In this document: piece by piece, positions 15,365 through 24,752 of the stretch
Position numbering within the stretch: position 1 is the stretch's first letter
Layout of the letters: every line of letters starts with the position of its first letter
DNA from: Phycisphaerales bacterium
GTDB lineage: Bacteria > Planctomycetota > Phycisphaerae > Phycisphaerales > SM1A02
Length of the DNA: 30,532 nucleotides
NCBI GenBank assembly: GCA_020427625.1
Contig: JAGQOI010000515.1
Span: forward strand, 1 to 30,532
Reading direction: 5' to 3'
The notes under the pieces: generated by a model
Seen by the model: the letters and a program-made list of their open reading frames with translations, nothing else
What the model was told of the DNA's origin: nothing
The model's database searches: none
Program-made: the position numbers and the translations under genes

Positions 15365-16852
15365 CTACGCGGCGACGGGCTCGACCATCTCCGGCAGCAG
15401 GTGCCGGATCGTGACGGCGACCTCCGTCGCATCGCGGGACCGTCGGGACGGCTCCAGCGCCTGCACGATCTCTTCGATATATCGGTGATCCGGGCGGGAA
15501 AGGACCCAGATATTGATGTCCGGATGACGCGTCCGCTGCATGCACTCGGCGTCGAACGCGAGCTTCTCGTGCAGCTTCTCGCCCGGACGTGCCCCGGTGA
15601 ACACCACCCGAACAACCCCCGACGGCACGTCCGGCGACGAGCCGCCGTCACCGATCACGGATTCCAGACCGTGCATCCGAATGAACCGCTCGGCGAGATC
15701 GACGATCCGCAGCGGCTCGCCCATGTCGAGCACGAAGACCTCGGCGGAACGACACGCGGGATCGACGAGGGCGGCCGACTGGATGACGAGGGCCGCGGCT
15801 TCGGGGATGGACATGAAGTACCGCGTCATGCCCGGATGGGTGACTGTGATGGGCCCGCCGTCGCGCAACTGTCGGGCCCAGGTTTCGAGGACGCTGCCGG
15901 AAGACCCGAGGACGTTGCCGAACCGGACCATGCTGTAGCACGTGTCCGAACGTCCGTTGAGATCCTGGATGTAGAGCTCGGCGAGGCGCTTCGTCGCGCC
16001 CATGATCGAACTCGGGTGGACGGCCTTGTCGGTGCTCACCATGACGAAGCGGTCGACGCCGGTCGCGTCCGCGGCATCGGCGACCGAGCGCGTGCCGAAC
16101 AGGTTGTTGTCGACGGCGGCGCCGGGATGGTCCTCCATCATGGGCACGTGCTTGTGAGCCGCGGCGTGAAAGACCACGTCCGGCCTCAGCGTCTCGAACC
16201 ACGCGAGGGTCGCCTCGGCGTCGACGATGTCGTGAAGCAGGGCGCGTCGGTCGAGGTGCGGGTGTCGGCGAGCGATCTGTCGGTCGATCTCGAACAGCGC
16301 GTTCTCCGAGCGATCGACGAGGGTGAGATGCGACGGGCCGAACCGCGAGACGATGCGGCTGAGTTCGCTGCCGATCGAGCCGCCCGCGCCGGTGACCATG
16401 ACGCGTCGGCCGGCGATGACGGCGCGGACGGCCGCCTCGTCGATCCGGCGGGCCGGGCGCCCGATGAGTTGGGTGAGGTCGAGATCGATCTGCGTGCGCG
16501 GGCCGATGCCCGCGATCTGGTCTTCGAGGGTCGGCATGAACCGATCGGGCACGCCGAGTCGGCGGAGACGGGTGCGGATCGCGGCGACGAGGTCGGGCAT
16601 CGTCGCGGGCAGCGAGACGAGGGCGAGGTCGGGCCGGCGCCGGGCGATGACGGCTTCGAGGTCGTCGAGCGCGCCGAGGACGGGCAGGTCGGCCGCGCCG
16701 TCGGCCGCCTCGGCATCGACGAGGATGCATCCGAGCATGATCGGCGGCGTGTCGAGCAGGTCGAGTTGTCGGGCCAGTCGCCGGCAGGTGGCGGGCTGGC
16801 CGATCATCACGGCGGTCGGCGGCATCGTGGACTCCTCGGTTCCGTGATTCAT
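15365..16852 (-). CDS. CapD/PglF/WbpM-like UDP-N-acetylhexosamine 4,6-dehydratase (polysaccharide biosynthesis protein)
   Basis: 'VMVTGAGGSIGSEL', 'VFHAAAHKHVPMME', 'STDKAVHPSSIMGATKR', 'VRFGNVLGSSGSV', 'MTRYFMSIPEA', 'DMGEP', 'RPGEKLHE'. Start may be at 16825. Confidence 0.92.
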   Translation of the reverse strand: MNHGTEESTMPPTAVMIGQPATCRRLARQLDLLDTPPIMLGCILVDAEAADGAADLPVLGALDDLEAVIARRRPDLALVSLPATMPDLVAAIRTRLRRLGVPDRFMPTLEDQIAGIGPRTQIDLDLTQLIGRPARRIDEAAVRAVIAGRRVMVTGAGGSIGSELSRIVSRFGPSHLTLVDRSENALFEIDRQIARRHPHLDRRALLHDIVDAEATLAWFETLRPDVVFHAAAHKHVPMMEDHPGAAVDNNLFGTRSVADAADATGVDRFVMVSTDKAVHPSSIMGATKRLAELYIQDLNGRSDTCYSMVRFGNVLGSSGSVLETWARQLRDGGPITVTHPGMTRYFMSIPEAAALVIQSAALVDPACRSAEVFVLDMGEPLRIVDLAERFIRMHGLESVIGDGGSSPDVPSGVVRVVFTGARPGEKLHEKLAFDAECMQRTRHPDINIWVLSRPDHRYIEEIVQALEPSRRSRDATEVAVTIRHLLPEMVEPVAA

Positions 16853-16948
16853 CGTTGGGTGCCCGCGGCGACGAGACCACTCCGAACCGGAGTCGTCGAT
16901 CGCCGGTGGCTCTGTCGGAGCATTATCGACCGGAGGGGGAGGGTGGAA

Positions 16949-17974
16949 TCAGTCGGTCCGGACGGTCGGCGACCGATCGAGGAGTCCGATGCCGATGGAG
17001 GTCGCCAGGCCGAGTCCGACGAGTCCGAGCGCGCTCGCGATCTGGAGGCCGCTCGGCGCAAAGACGGCCGTCGGCCAGTCCTCCATCTTCACGGCATCGA
17101 CGTCGGCCTCGGTCCGGAGGATGACGCCCTTCACGGGTTGCCCGATCTCGGGTCGCACCGGTGCGCGAAACGGCCACAGGCCGGCGACGGCGCCGATGAG
17201 GAGGCCGAGCAGGACGCCGAGCGTCGCCTGGGGATAGCGCCGCAGGCAGAACTTCATGATGACGCTCACGCCGACGACGCCCGTGACGACGCCGAGACCG
17301 AACGGGACGCACGTCCCGAGCGCGCCCATGATCGCGGCCCCGTCCCCGGCGATGAGGCCCTGCTTGAAGGCGTCGATCGCGCCGAGGATGACGACGTACT
17401 GGCCGAGAATGAGCAGGAGATAGCTGCCGGAAACGCCGGGCAGGATCATCGCCGCGCCCGCGGCCGCGCCGGCGACGACGAGCATCACGGTTCCCGCCGC
17501 CGCCCCACCGCCGCCGGTCCCGGCGCCGGCGGTCTGGACGATGGCGAGCCCGACCATGACGGCCGCGCCGACGACGGCGCCGACGATCCCGGCGACCCGG
17601 ATGGGTCGGAGTCGCTTGTGGATGAGGGGGACGCCGCCGAGGGTGAGCCCGATGAACAGGCTGTACATGACCCACTGGTGCTCGACGACGAGCGACTTGA
17701 AGGTTGCGGCGAGGGTGACGATGGAGAGTCCGGCGGCGAGGACGACGGTCCCGACGAGGACGACGGAGCGGAGTCGGAAGCGGAACGTGAAGAGTTCGGC
17801 GACGCCGCCGATGAAGGCGGGATAGATGCCGGACGCGAGCAGCATGGTGCCGCCTGAGATGCCGGGGACGAGGTTGGCGAGTCCCATGAGCACGCCGCCG
17901 ATGCCGCCACGGGCGACGACGCGTCCGATCGGCGCGTCCGCTGCGGGCGTCGGATCGGGTCGATCGGGGGTCAC
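16949..17974 (-). CDS. DUF368 family membrane protein (putative undecaprenyl-phosphate translocase)
   Basis: 'MGLANLVPGISGGTM...GIY' and second repeat 'AMILPGVSGSYLLLILGQY' are the DUF368 signatures. Confidence 0.9.
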   Translation of the reverse strand: MTPDRPDPTPAADAPIGRVVARGGIGGVLMGLANLVPGISGGTMLLASGIYPAFIGGVAELFTFRFRLRSVVLVGTVVLAAGLSIVTLAATFKSLVVEHQWVMYSLFIGLTLGGVPLIHKRLRPIRVAGIVGAVVGAAVMVGLAIVQTAGAGTGGGGAAAGTVMLVVAGAAAGAAMILPGVSGSYLLLILGQYVVILGAIDAFKQGLIAGDGAAIMGALGTCVPFGLGVVTGVVGVSVIMKFCLRRYPQATLGVLLGLLIGAVAGLWPFRAPVRPEIGQPVKGVILRTEADVDAVKMEDWPTAVFAPSGLQIASALGLVGLGLATSIGIGLLDRSPTVRTD

Positions 17975-17989
17975 GTCGGGTCGCTCCGA

Positions 17990-18027
17990 GGGGGTTCGAC
18001 GGGGGTCGACGGGGGTTCGACGAGGGT
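17990..18027. repeat. Short tandem repeat GGGGG(T)TCGAC, about 3.5 copies
   Basis: GGGGGTTCGAC GGGGGTCGAC GGGGGTTCGAC GAGGGT in the divergent DUF368/galE intergenic region. Confidence 0.6.
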
Positions 18028-18156
18028 CGGGATCGGGTGAGGGGAGGCGTGGTCCTCAACGGAATCGGCCGCGCGGCACGATACCAGTATTCTGAATCGA
18101 CCGATATCGGTCCGGAGGCGATCCGCGCCGGGTCGTCGGACGGTGAAGGAGCAGGC

Positions 18157-19182
18157 ATGAACGTCTTGGTCACCGGCGGCGCCGGGTTCATCGGGTCGCA
18201 CGCGATCCTCCGTCTCATGGAGGATGGTCACACGGTCACGAGCATCGACGATTTCTCCCGCGGCAACCGCGGCGCAATTGCTGCGCTGCGCGCCGTGGGG
18301 CCGTTCGAATTCGTCGAGGGCGACGTCGGCGACCGCGCCCTGATGGCGACGCTCATGCGGGACCGCGGGATCGACCTCGTCATGCACTTCGCCGCGAAGG
18401 CCTACGTCGGCGAGTCGATGGACATTCCGCTCACCTACTACGCGACGAACACCTCCGCCTCGATCGCCCTGCTCCAGGCGATGGACGACGCGGGCGTTGA
18501 ACGGATCGTGTTCTCCAGCACGTGCGCCTCGTACGGCGAGCCGCCGGCGGACCGCGTGCCGATCCGCGAGGACTGCCCGCAGCGTCCGATCAACCCGTAC
18601 GGCTACTCGAAGTGGTTTGTCGAGCGCGTGCTGTTCGATCACGGTCGCGCGAAGCGCGAGGCCGGCCGGCCGTTCGGCTTCGCGTGCCTGCGGTACTTCA
18701 ACGTCGCGGGCAACGACCAGAAGTCCCGGCTGGGCGAGGACCATCGGCCGGAGACGCACCTCATCCCGATCTGCCTGGAGGCCGCGCTGGGCCATCGGAA
18801 GTCGATCACGGTCTTCGGCACGGACTACGCGACGCCGGACGGCACGTGCATCCGCGACTACGTGCACGTGTCGGACCTGATCGACGCGCACATCACGGTG
18901 ATGTCGGCGCTGGGCCCGGGGGACGAGCGGACGTACAACATCGGGATCGGCGACGGCAGTTCGGTGCGGGAGGTGATCGAGGCGACGCGCGACGTGACGG
19001 GGCGCGCGTTCGAGGTCATCGAGGGTCCGCGTCGGGCGGGCGATCCCCCGATGCTGTACGCGGATTCGTCGAAGATCCGCGACGAACTCGGGTGGGTCGC
19101 GAAGCACACCGACCTCCGGGGGATCATCGACGACGCGTGGCGCTGGCGCCAGGTCCATCCGCACGGGTACGGCGAGCAGTAG
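18157..19182 (+). CDS. galE: UDP-glucose 4-epimerase
   Basis: RBS GAAGGAG at 18145-18151, ATG at 18157. 'VLVTGGAGFIGSH', 'MHFAAKAYVGES', 'SSTCASYG', 'PYGYSK', 'LRYFNVAG', 'GTCIRDYVHVSDL', 'RRAGDP'. Confidence 0.95.
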   Translation: MNVLVTGGAGFIGSHAILRLMEDGHTVTSIDDFSRGNRGAIAALRAVGPFEFVEGDVGDRALMATLMRDRGIDLVMHFAAKAYVGESMDIPLTYYATNTSASIALLQAMDDAGVERIVFSSTCASYGEPPADRVPIREDCPQRPINPYGYSKWFVERVLFDHGRAKREAGRPFGFACLRYFNVAGNDQKSRLGEDHRPETHLIPICLEAALGHRKSITVFGTDYATPDGTCIRDYVHVSDLIDAHITVMSALGPGDERTYNIGIGDGSSVREVIEATRDVTGRAFEVIEGPRRAGDPPMLYADSSKIRDELGWVAKHTDLRGIIDDAWRWRQVHPHGYGEQ

Positions 19183-19281
19183 GCCGCGCCGACCAAGTCT
19201 CGAAGCACGGCGCCCGATCGGGCCGACATTGAGCAATGGCCTCGCGGCACGCCGTCGCCCGGTCCGAAGGACCCGTTCCGC

Positions 19282-21450
19282 ATGACGATCGCGACCGCAC
19301 CGATCTCCGTCGTTCCGGCGCTTGCCGAGGCGTATCGCTTCGCGGACTTCGCCCTGAAGCAGATCGCCGCGACGGGCGCGACGACGTCGCTCGCGCTCCC
19401 GGTCCTCCAGTCGCTCGCGACGCTCGGGCTCGGCGGACCCGCCCGCGAGCTGCTGCGCGAGCTTGATGCCGCGCTGCCCGCCGATCTCGACCGCGCCGGC
19501 CTCCGTCGTCAGCTCTCGGAGGTCCCCATCGGGCGCGTGCCCGCCGACGGGCTGCGCGGGACCGTCGAACGTCAGCTCGATCACGCGGCGACGATCGATC
19601 ACCCGCTGGCGGCTCACCGCGATGCGATTCTCGACACGCTCCGCACGCACCAGGTGTTCCGCAGCGTCGACGGCCGTCACCACCTCTCGATCCGCGAGCC
19701 GGGCGCTCTCCGACAGTGGGTGCCGGGGCTGACGGACTTCCGTTCGCTCGAGACCGTCGCGATCACGAACGACCCGGCCAGTCGCGGCCTGCTCCTGCTC
19801 GGCGTCGCGCCGCGCGATTTCGTCGAGCGGGCGCTCCGCGAGACGCTGCGCGCCGTGGGTCCGCAGATGCCGGTCTACATCGTCGAGCCCGACCTCGCGC
19901 GGGTGATGATCTGGCTCGCGAGCGGCGATCGCCGGGCGGCGCTCGACTCGACGCGCGTGCTCATGTTCGTCGGACCGGATGCCGCGGAACACCTCCTGCG
20001 GGCGCTCGACGAACGGGACGACCTGGAGATTCCGACGGCGCGGATCGACACGGGCGGCCATGCGGCGCTCGCGGAGCGGCTCGACGGTCCGGTGATCGCG
20101 CAGCACGACGTGCGCGGCGAGCGGTTCCGCGCGAACCTCGTCACGATCGCGTCCGTGACGCGCGGGCGTCGTCCGGTCGACTGGGCGGATCGCCTGCGGC
20201 CCGGCGCGACGATCCTCGGCTTCACCTCGCGCCATACGACGATGCTCCAGTATTCCATGCGCGATCTCGGCGCGGCCTTCACGGCGCTGGGCTACGACTT
20301 CCGCCTCATGATCGAGCCGGACGACCACAGCCAGGCGAACGCGGCGACGGTGACGCGGGCCGTCATCGACGCCGACCCGGCGCTCGTCGTGATGATCAAC
20401 CACCTGCGCTCCGAACAGGCGGAGGTGTGGGACGCCTATCCCGTGCTGACCTGGGTGCAGGATCCGATGCCGAATCTCCTGTGCCGCGCGGCGGGCGAGG
20501 CGATCCGCTGGAACGACGTCGTGTGCGGCTACTACGGCGAGCAGTGCACGACGCAGTTCGGCTATCCGGAATCGAGTTTCGTGTCGGTGCCGTTCTTTCC
20601 GATGTCGAGTCGCGTCTTCCACGACGCGGCCCTCACCGCGTCCGAGGCGTCGCGGTTCGACTGCGACATCATGTACGCCGGGCACTTCTCGAGTCCGCCC
20701 GAGCTGCTCATGGACGAGATGATCAAGGTGCAGGGCGAGCGTCTGCGCCCGCTGCTCGCGGGCATGCTCGCGGAGGTTCGCGCGCTGCACGCGTCGGGCG
20801 GACATCCGTCGTACGCCGACGCGGATGCGATCGTGCGTCGTCACGAACGCGCGTCGAACCTCGCGCTGACCGACACCGAGCGGACGGGACTGGTCATGTA
20901 CTTCGTCTTCCGCGCGTTCGACGTGTGGTTCCGCACGCAGTCGCTGGAGTGGGTCGGTCGCTGGGCGAAGGGGACCGGGCGACGGTTCCGCCTGTACGGT
21001 CGCGGATGGGAGCGGCATCCCACGCTCGGCCCGTGGGCGCAGGGACCGATCGCGCACGGCGACGATCTCCGTCGCGCGTACCGCGGCGCGACCCTCACGC
21101 TCCAGACCATCGCGTCGGGGCTCTGGCACCAGCGCACGTTCGAGGCGCTCGCGAGCGGGTCCACGGTGCTCGCGCGATACTCGCCGTTCGACTACGACTT
21201 CCGATCTCGCGAGGCGTTCCGCGCCGATCCCGCGCCGCAGGCGGTCGCCCGCTCCCTGCCGCACGTCGATCGCATCGTCTTCGGCGACGAAGCGGAGTTC
21301 CGATCCCGCGCCGACGCCCTGCTCGACGATGCGACCGAGCGCCGGACGATCCGCGACGACATGGCCGCGGTCGTGCACCGGACGCTGACCTACGACGCGG
21401 TGCTGCCCGGGATCATCGACCGGATCCGGTCGCGCCTGCGCGAGGGTTGA
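19282..21450 (+). CDS. Large putative glycosyltransferase: Maf-like N-terminal region plus CgeB/Glyco_trans_1_2-like C-terminal domain
   Basis: C-terminal 'RLYGRGW...GPIAHGDDLRRAYRGA...HQRTFEALASG' is CgeB-like. N-terminal 'LLLLGV...IVEPDL...RVLMFVG' resembles Maf N-terminal segments (weaker). Confidence 0.65.
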   Translation: MTIATAPISVVPALAEAYRFADFALKQIAATGATTSLALPVLQSLATLGLGGPARELLRELDAALPADLDRAGLRRQLSEVPIGRVPADGLRGTVERQLDHAATIDHPLAAHRDAILDTLRTHQVFRSVDGRHHLSIREPGALRQWVPGLTDFRSLETVAITNDPASRGLLLLGVAPRDFVERALRETLRAVGPQMPVYIVEPDLARVMIWLASGDRRAALDSTRVLMFVGPDAAEHLLRALDERDDLEIPTARIDTGGHAALAERLDGPVIAQHDVRGERFRANLVTIASVTRGRRPVDWADRLRPGATILGFTSRHTTMLQYSMRDLGAAFTALGYDFRLMIEPDDHSQANAATVTRAVIDADPALVVMINHLRSEQAEVWDAYPVLTWVQDPMPNLLCRAAGEAIRWNDVVCGYYGEQCTTQFGYPESSFVSVPFFPMSSRVFHDAALTASEASRFDCDIMYAGHFSSPPELLMDEMIKVQGERLRPLLAGMLAEVRALHASGGHPSYADADAIVRRHERASNLALTDTERTGLVMYFVFRAFDVWFRTQSLEWVGRWAKGTGRRFRLYGRGWERHPTLGPWAQGPIAHGDDLRRAYRGATLTLQTIASGLWHQRTFEALASGSTVLARYSPFDYDFRSREAFRADPAPQAVARSLPHVDRIVFGDEAEFRSRADALLDDATERRTIRDDMAAVVHRTLTYDAVLPGIIDRIRSRLREG

Positions 21451-21454
21451 TCGA

Positions 21455-23320
21455 TCACGCGATCGCGCCGGCCGCGACATCGCTCGTCGTCTGCGCATCG
21501 GCCCAGCGCAACCATCGGTCGACGTTGACGACCTGCCAGAGCAGCATCATGTGATGTTCGGCGATGCGTCCGTTCGTGATGATGTCGTCGTGTTCGTCGA
21601 TGCGTCGGCGCAGGACGTCGAGATCGTACAGGTCGCGCCCGCGGAAGCCGGTGTCGTTGACGAGGTCGAGCAGTCGGGCGCGTCCGCGGCCGGCGAACCA
21701 CTGGTCGGCGGGCGCGTTCCAGCCGGTCTTCGTGACGCGGGTGCGGGTGCGCTCCTCCAGGATGCCGCGCATGGCGCGACGGAGCAGCACCTTCGTCACG
21801 CCGTCGCGGATCTTCATGGTGTTCGGCACGCGGTACATGAATTCGACGAGGGCGCGATCGAGGAACGGGTTGCGGTGCCGGATGCCGTGCGCGGCTCCGT
21901 GCCGGTCCTGCGCACGCAGACAGCACGGCAGCGTCTCGCGCGTGAGATCCTGCCAGGTGCGGTTGCGGAGATACGAGGAGAACGGCGCGTCGAGCGACGG
22001 GACGACCTCCAGCGCGGCCGCGCGATCCGGCAGGAGGACGTCGGCGTACCGGCGGATGCGTCCGCGATCGGGTCGGCAGGCGCCCGGGCGCTGCCGGTCG
22101 ACGAGGGTCGCGAGACTGCGATCGACGACGGCGCGGGACTTGCGGAAGATCGGATGATCGTGATGGCGGACCCAGGCGTCGATCTCGCGGGCGAGCGTCG
22201 CATCGTCGCCGGCGGCGTCGAGGTCGGCGAAGAAGAACGGGAAGTACTCGTACTCGCCCGCATTGAGTTCGTCGCCGCCGAGACCGCCGAGCAGGATGTC
22301 GTACCCCGCCCGGGCGACGTGCGCGCAGAGCGTCGCATGCGCGAGCCAGGTCGCCGTCGCGACGGGCTCGTCGTGCATGGCGATCATCGCGTCGATGCGG
22401 TCGACGAGGTCGCGATCGTCGACCTCGATCGCATGCCAGTCCGACACCGCGGCGTCGAGGATGCAGCGGATGTCGTCGGACTCGTCGTAGACGGAGCCAC
22501 GATAGGTCGCCGAGAACGCGGCCTGCGGCGCGCCGGTGAGGTGCACGGCGCAGGACAGCACGGACGAGGAGTCCATGCCGCCCGAAAGCGTGAACGCGCG
22601 CCCGCCGCCCAGCCGCCGCTCGACGGCGCGCAGCAGGAGGTCGCGGTACGTCTCCGCCAGCGTGTCGAAGTCGGCGTCGTGATCGGCGCCGGGCGCGAGG
22701 GTCCAGTACGGACGCGGCGATCCGGAACGCTCGCCATGCACCACGTACGACGCGAGCGGCACCGAGTACACGCCGCGATAGGGCGACGCGTCCGGCGCGA
22801 GTTCGAAGACCCGGTAGTGCGACGCGGCGAGTCGGGCCACGGCGTCGGGATCCGGATCGAGACCGCCGATGACCGGCACGAGCCCGGACGGGCGCGAGGC
22901 ACAGGCGTGCGCGCGGCCGCGCGTCGCGTGATAGAGCGGCCGGACGCCGAAGCGATCGCGGGCCAGCACGAGGCGACCCGCATGCATGTCGAGGACCGCC
23001 AGCGCGAAATCACCGTCGAGCGACGCCAGCCAGACCTCCGGCGCGGCATCGGACGAGACGAGGCGCTCGAGCACGTCGTCGGCCCGCACGTCGTCGAGCA
23101 GATCGCCGTCGAGCGCGACGATCCACCGGCCGCAGCGCGATCGCGCGAGCGTCCCGTGCAGGACGCCGATCGCCATCCCGTCGGCGGACGCGACATCGAG
23201 CGTCCCGTCGTCGTCGCCGGGCGGCCGGAGTCGGTCGAGCATGTCGCGCACGCACGCGGCGGCCGCGGGCGGGCTGTGATCGAGTCCGACGACGGCGGCG
23301 ATGCGCGGGACGGCGCCCAT
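21455..23320 (-). CDS. AsnB-like ATP-dependent amide synthetase with degenerate glutaminase domain
   Basis: ATG at 23320 (TGATG overlap). 'LARDRFGVRPLY', PP-loop 'LSGGMDSS', 'GGDEL', 'QDR...RNPFLD', 'KVLLRRAM', 'KTGW.AP'. No N-terminal Cys. Confidence 0.85.
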   Translation of the reverse strand: MGAVPRIAAVVGLDHSPPAAAACVRDMLDRLRPPGDDDGTLDVASADGMAIGVLHGTLARSRCGRWIVALDGDLLDDVRADDVLERLVSSDAAPEVWLASLDGDFALAVLDMHAGRLVLARDRFGVRPLYHATRGRAHACASRPSGLVPVIGGLDPDPDAVARLAASHYRVFELAPDASPYRGVYSVPLASYVVHGERSGSPRPYWTLAPGADHDADFDTLAETYRDLLLRAVERRLGGGRAFTLSGGMDSSSVLSCAVHLTGAPQAAFSATYRGSVYDESDDIRCILDAAVSDWHAIEVDDRDLVDRIDAMIAMHDEPVATATWLAHATLCAHVARAGYDILLGGLGGDELNAGEYEYFPFFFADLDAAGDDATLAREIDAWVRHHDHPIFRKSRAVVDRSLATLVDRQRPGACRPDRGRIRRYADVLLPDRAAALEVVPSLDAPFSSYLRNRTWQDLTRETLPCCLRAQDRHGAAHGIRHRNPFLDRALVEFMYRVPNTMKIRDGVTKVLLRRAMRGILEERTRTRVTKTGWNAPADQWFAGRGRARLLDLVNDTGFRGRDLYDLDVLRRRIDEHDDIITNGRIAEHHMMLLWQVVNVDRWLRWADAQTTSDVAAGAIA

Positions 23321-24057
23321 CAGTTCATCTCCGGCATGCGCGCGATGACGAAGCACCACGGTTGATGGATCGATCCTCGGAAGCAGAGTCGGGTGCCGTC
23401 CGCCATCATGCGGGTGTGGCTCGACACGTCGTTCGGCTCGGTCGGGCGCGGGAGGTCGATGGGCATGTGGAAGGGCTGGAACCGCGGGTCCTCGAAGCCG
23501 GCGTCGCGGAGCGCCTCGCGCACGGTCTCCCGCGGCCGCACGTGGATGAGCAGACCGTCGGGATGGGTTTCCGATCGTTCGCGGATGACGAGGTCCTGGT
23601 CCCATTCGTGGTAGAAGTCGATCGCGACGAACCAGCCGCCCGGCGCGAGCGCCCGCGCGATGCTGTGCAGTGCCGCGCGGAAGACCTCGTCATCGAAGCG
23701 GAACAGCACGATGTTGGCGACGACGGCGTCGTAGGGATCGTCGACGGGCAGATCGGTGATGTCCATCGGTCGGAACGTGATGCCGGCGAGTTCCGGATCG
23801 GCGGTGCAGTGCTCGATGATCGGCTGGTAGAGATCGCCGCCGACGAGGTCGAGGTGCGGCATCGCATGGCGCAGATGGTAGAGCAGGTTGCCGGTGCTGC
23901 ATCCGACGTCGAGGACCCGGGCCGGGCCGTCGCCGAGGTGCGCGCGGAGGATGTCGATGAGGACGCGATCGTTCTCCCGGAGGCGCCGTCGGTACCGGGC
24001 CTGGTAGTCGAGGTAGTCGCCGGCGATGAAGCGGCCGTACTGCTCGGTGGTGGTCAT
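23320..24057 (-). CDS. Class I SAM-dependent methyltransferase
   Basis: ATG at 24057 (ATGA overlap). Motif I 'RVLDVGCSTG'; 'MDITDL', 'YDAVV'. Confidence 0.88.
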   Translation of the reverse strand: MTTTEQYGRFIAGDYLDYQARYRRRLRENDRVLIDILRAHLGDGPARVLDVGCSTGNLLYHLRHAMPHLDLVGGDLYQPIIEHCTADPELAGITFRPMDITDLPVDDPYDAVVANIVLFRFDDEVFRAALHSIARALAPGGWFVAIDFYHEWDQDLVIRERSETHPDGLLIHVRPRETVREALRDAGFEDPRFQPFHMPIDLPRPTEPNDVSSHTRMMADGTRLCFRGSIHQPWCFVIARMPEMN

Positions 24058-24752
24058 GCCGCGGACTCCTGATCCGTGCGCCGTCGCGCGTGCACGAACG
24101 TCCAGTGGTGGGGATGTCCGATGACGAGTTCCGGCCGTCCCTGCGTGCGGCGGTCGGTGATGCACTCGACGTCGAACCCGAAGGATCGGATGAACGACGT
24201 GATCTCGTCGCGGGCGTAGGTGTTGACGTGCACGCGCAGGTCGACGCCGTCGTCGAGGTACTCGTCGCGCACGTAGTGATAGGACGACGTCGCGGCGATC
24301 GACTCGCGCAGGAGCACGCCGCGGCGGGCGCAGCGGAGCATCCGTTCGAGCGGCCGGTGGAAGTTGTCGAGATTGGTGAGCACGTTGAGGCACAGCACGT
24401 GATCGACGGTGCCGTCGAGGTCCTCGATGCGCATGACGCGGAGTTGCTCGGGCCGGAGTCCGTAGGGCGCGAGTTCGGTGCGACCGATGTCGATGAAGGT
24501 CGGGTCGGCGTCGATACCGAGGTAGTCGAGGTCGAGGTGACGTCGACGGAGGGAGTGCAGGAACGATCCCGCGCCGCAGCCGACGTCGAGGATGGACTCG
24601 CCGGATCGGGCGACGGTCGCAAGGAGATCCGCCGCCTGGGCCGCGCAGTCCATCTCGGGCTCCTCCATCCGACAGCGTCGTCGGTAGAGATCGCGCACGG
24701 ACGCGCTATGGGCCCAGATGGAGTAGGTCGACCAGCCGTCGGCGACGATCAC
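24054..24752 (-). CDS. Class I SAM-dependent methyltransferase
   Basis: GTG at 24752 (GTGA overlap). 'SILDVGCGAG', 'YLGIDAD', 'DHVLCLNVL'. Confidence 0.88.
   Translation of the reverse strand: MIVADGWSTYSIWAHSASVRDLYRRRCRMEEPEMDCAAQAADLLATVARSGESILDVGCGAGSFLHSLRRRHLDLDYLGIDADPTFIDIGRTELAPYGLRPEQLRVMRIEDLDGTVDHVLCLNVLTNLDNFHRPLERMLRCARRGVLLRESIAATSSYHYVRDEYLDDGVDLRVHVNTYARDEITSFIRSFGFDVECITDRRTQGRPELVIGHPHHWTFVHARRRTDQESAA

Noticed and set aside
17971-21498. 1175-aa minus-strand ORF and other long antisense ORFs (e.g. 14987..17857, 7027..9351, 26685..28910)
   Set aside because: Shadow ORFs opposite well-supported genes, expected at this GC content, with no recognisable motifs.
21455-23320. 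Lasso peptide cyclase / RiPP cluster
   Set aside because: No B1/B2 protein or precursor peptide recognised; the neighbours are sugar-modification genes.
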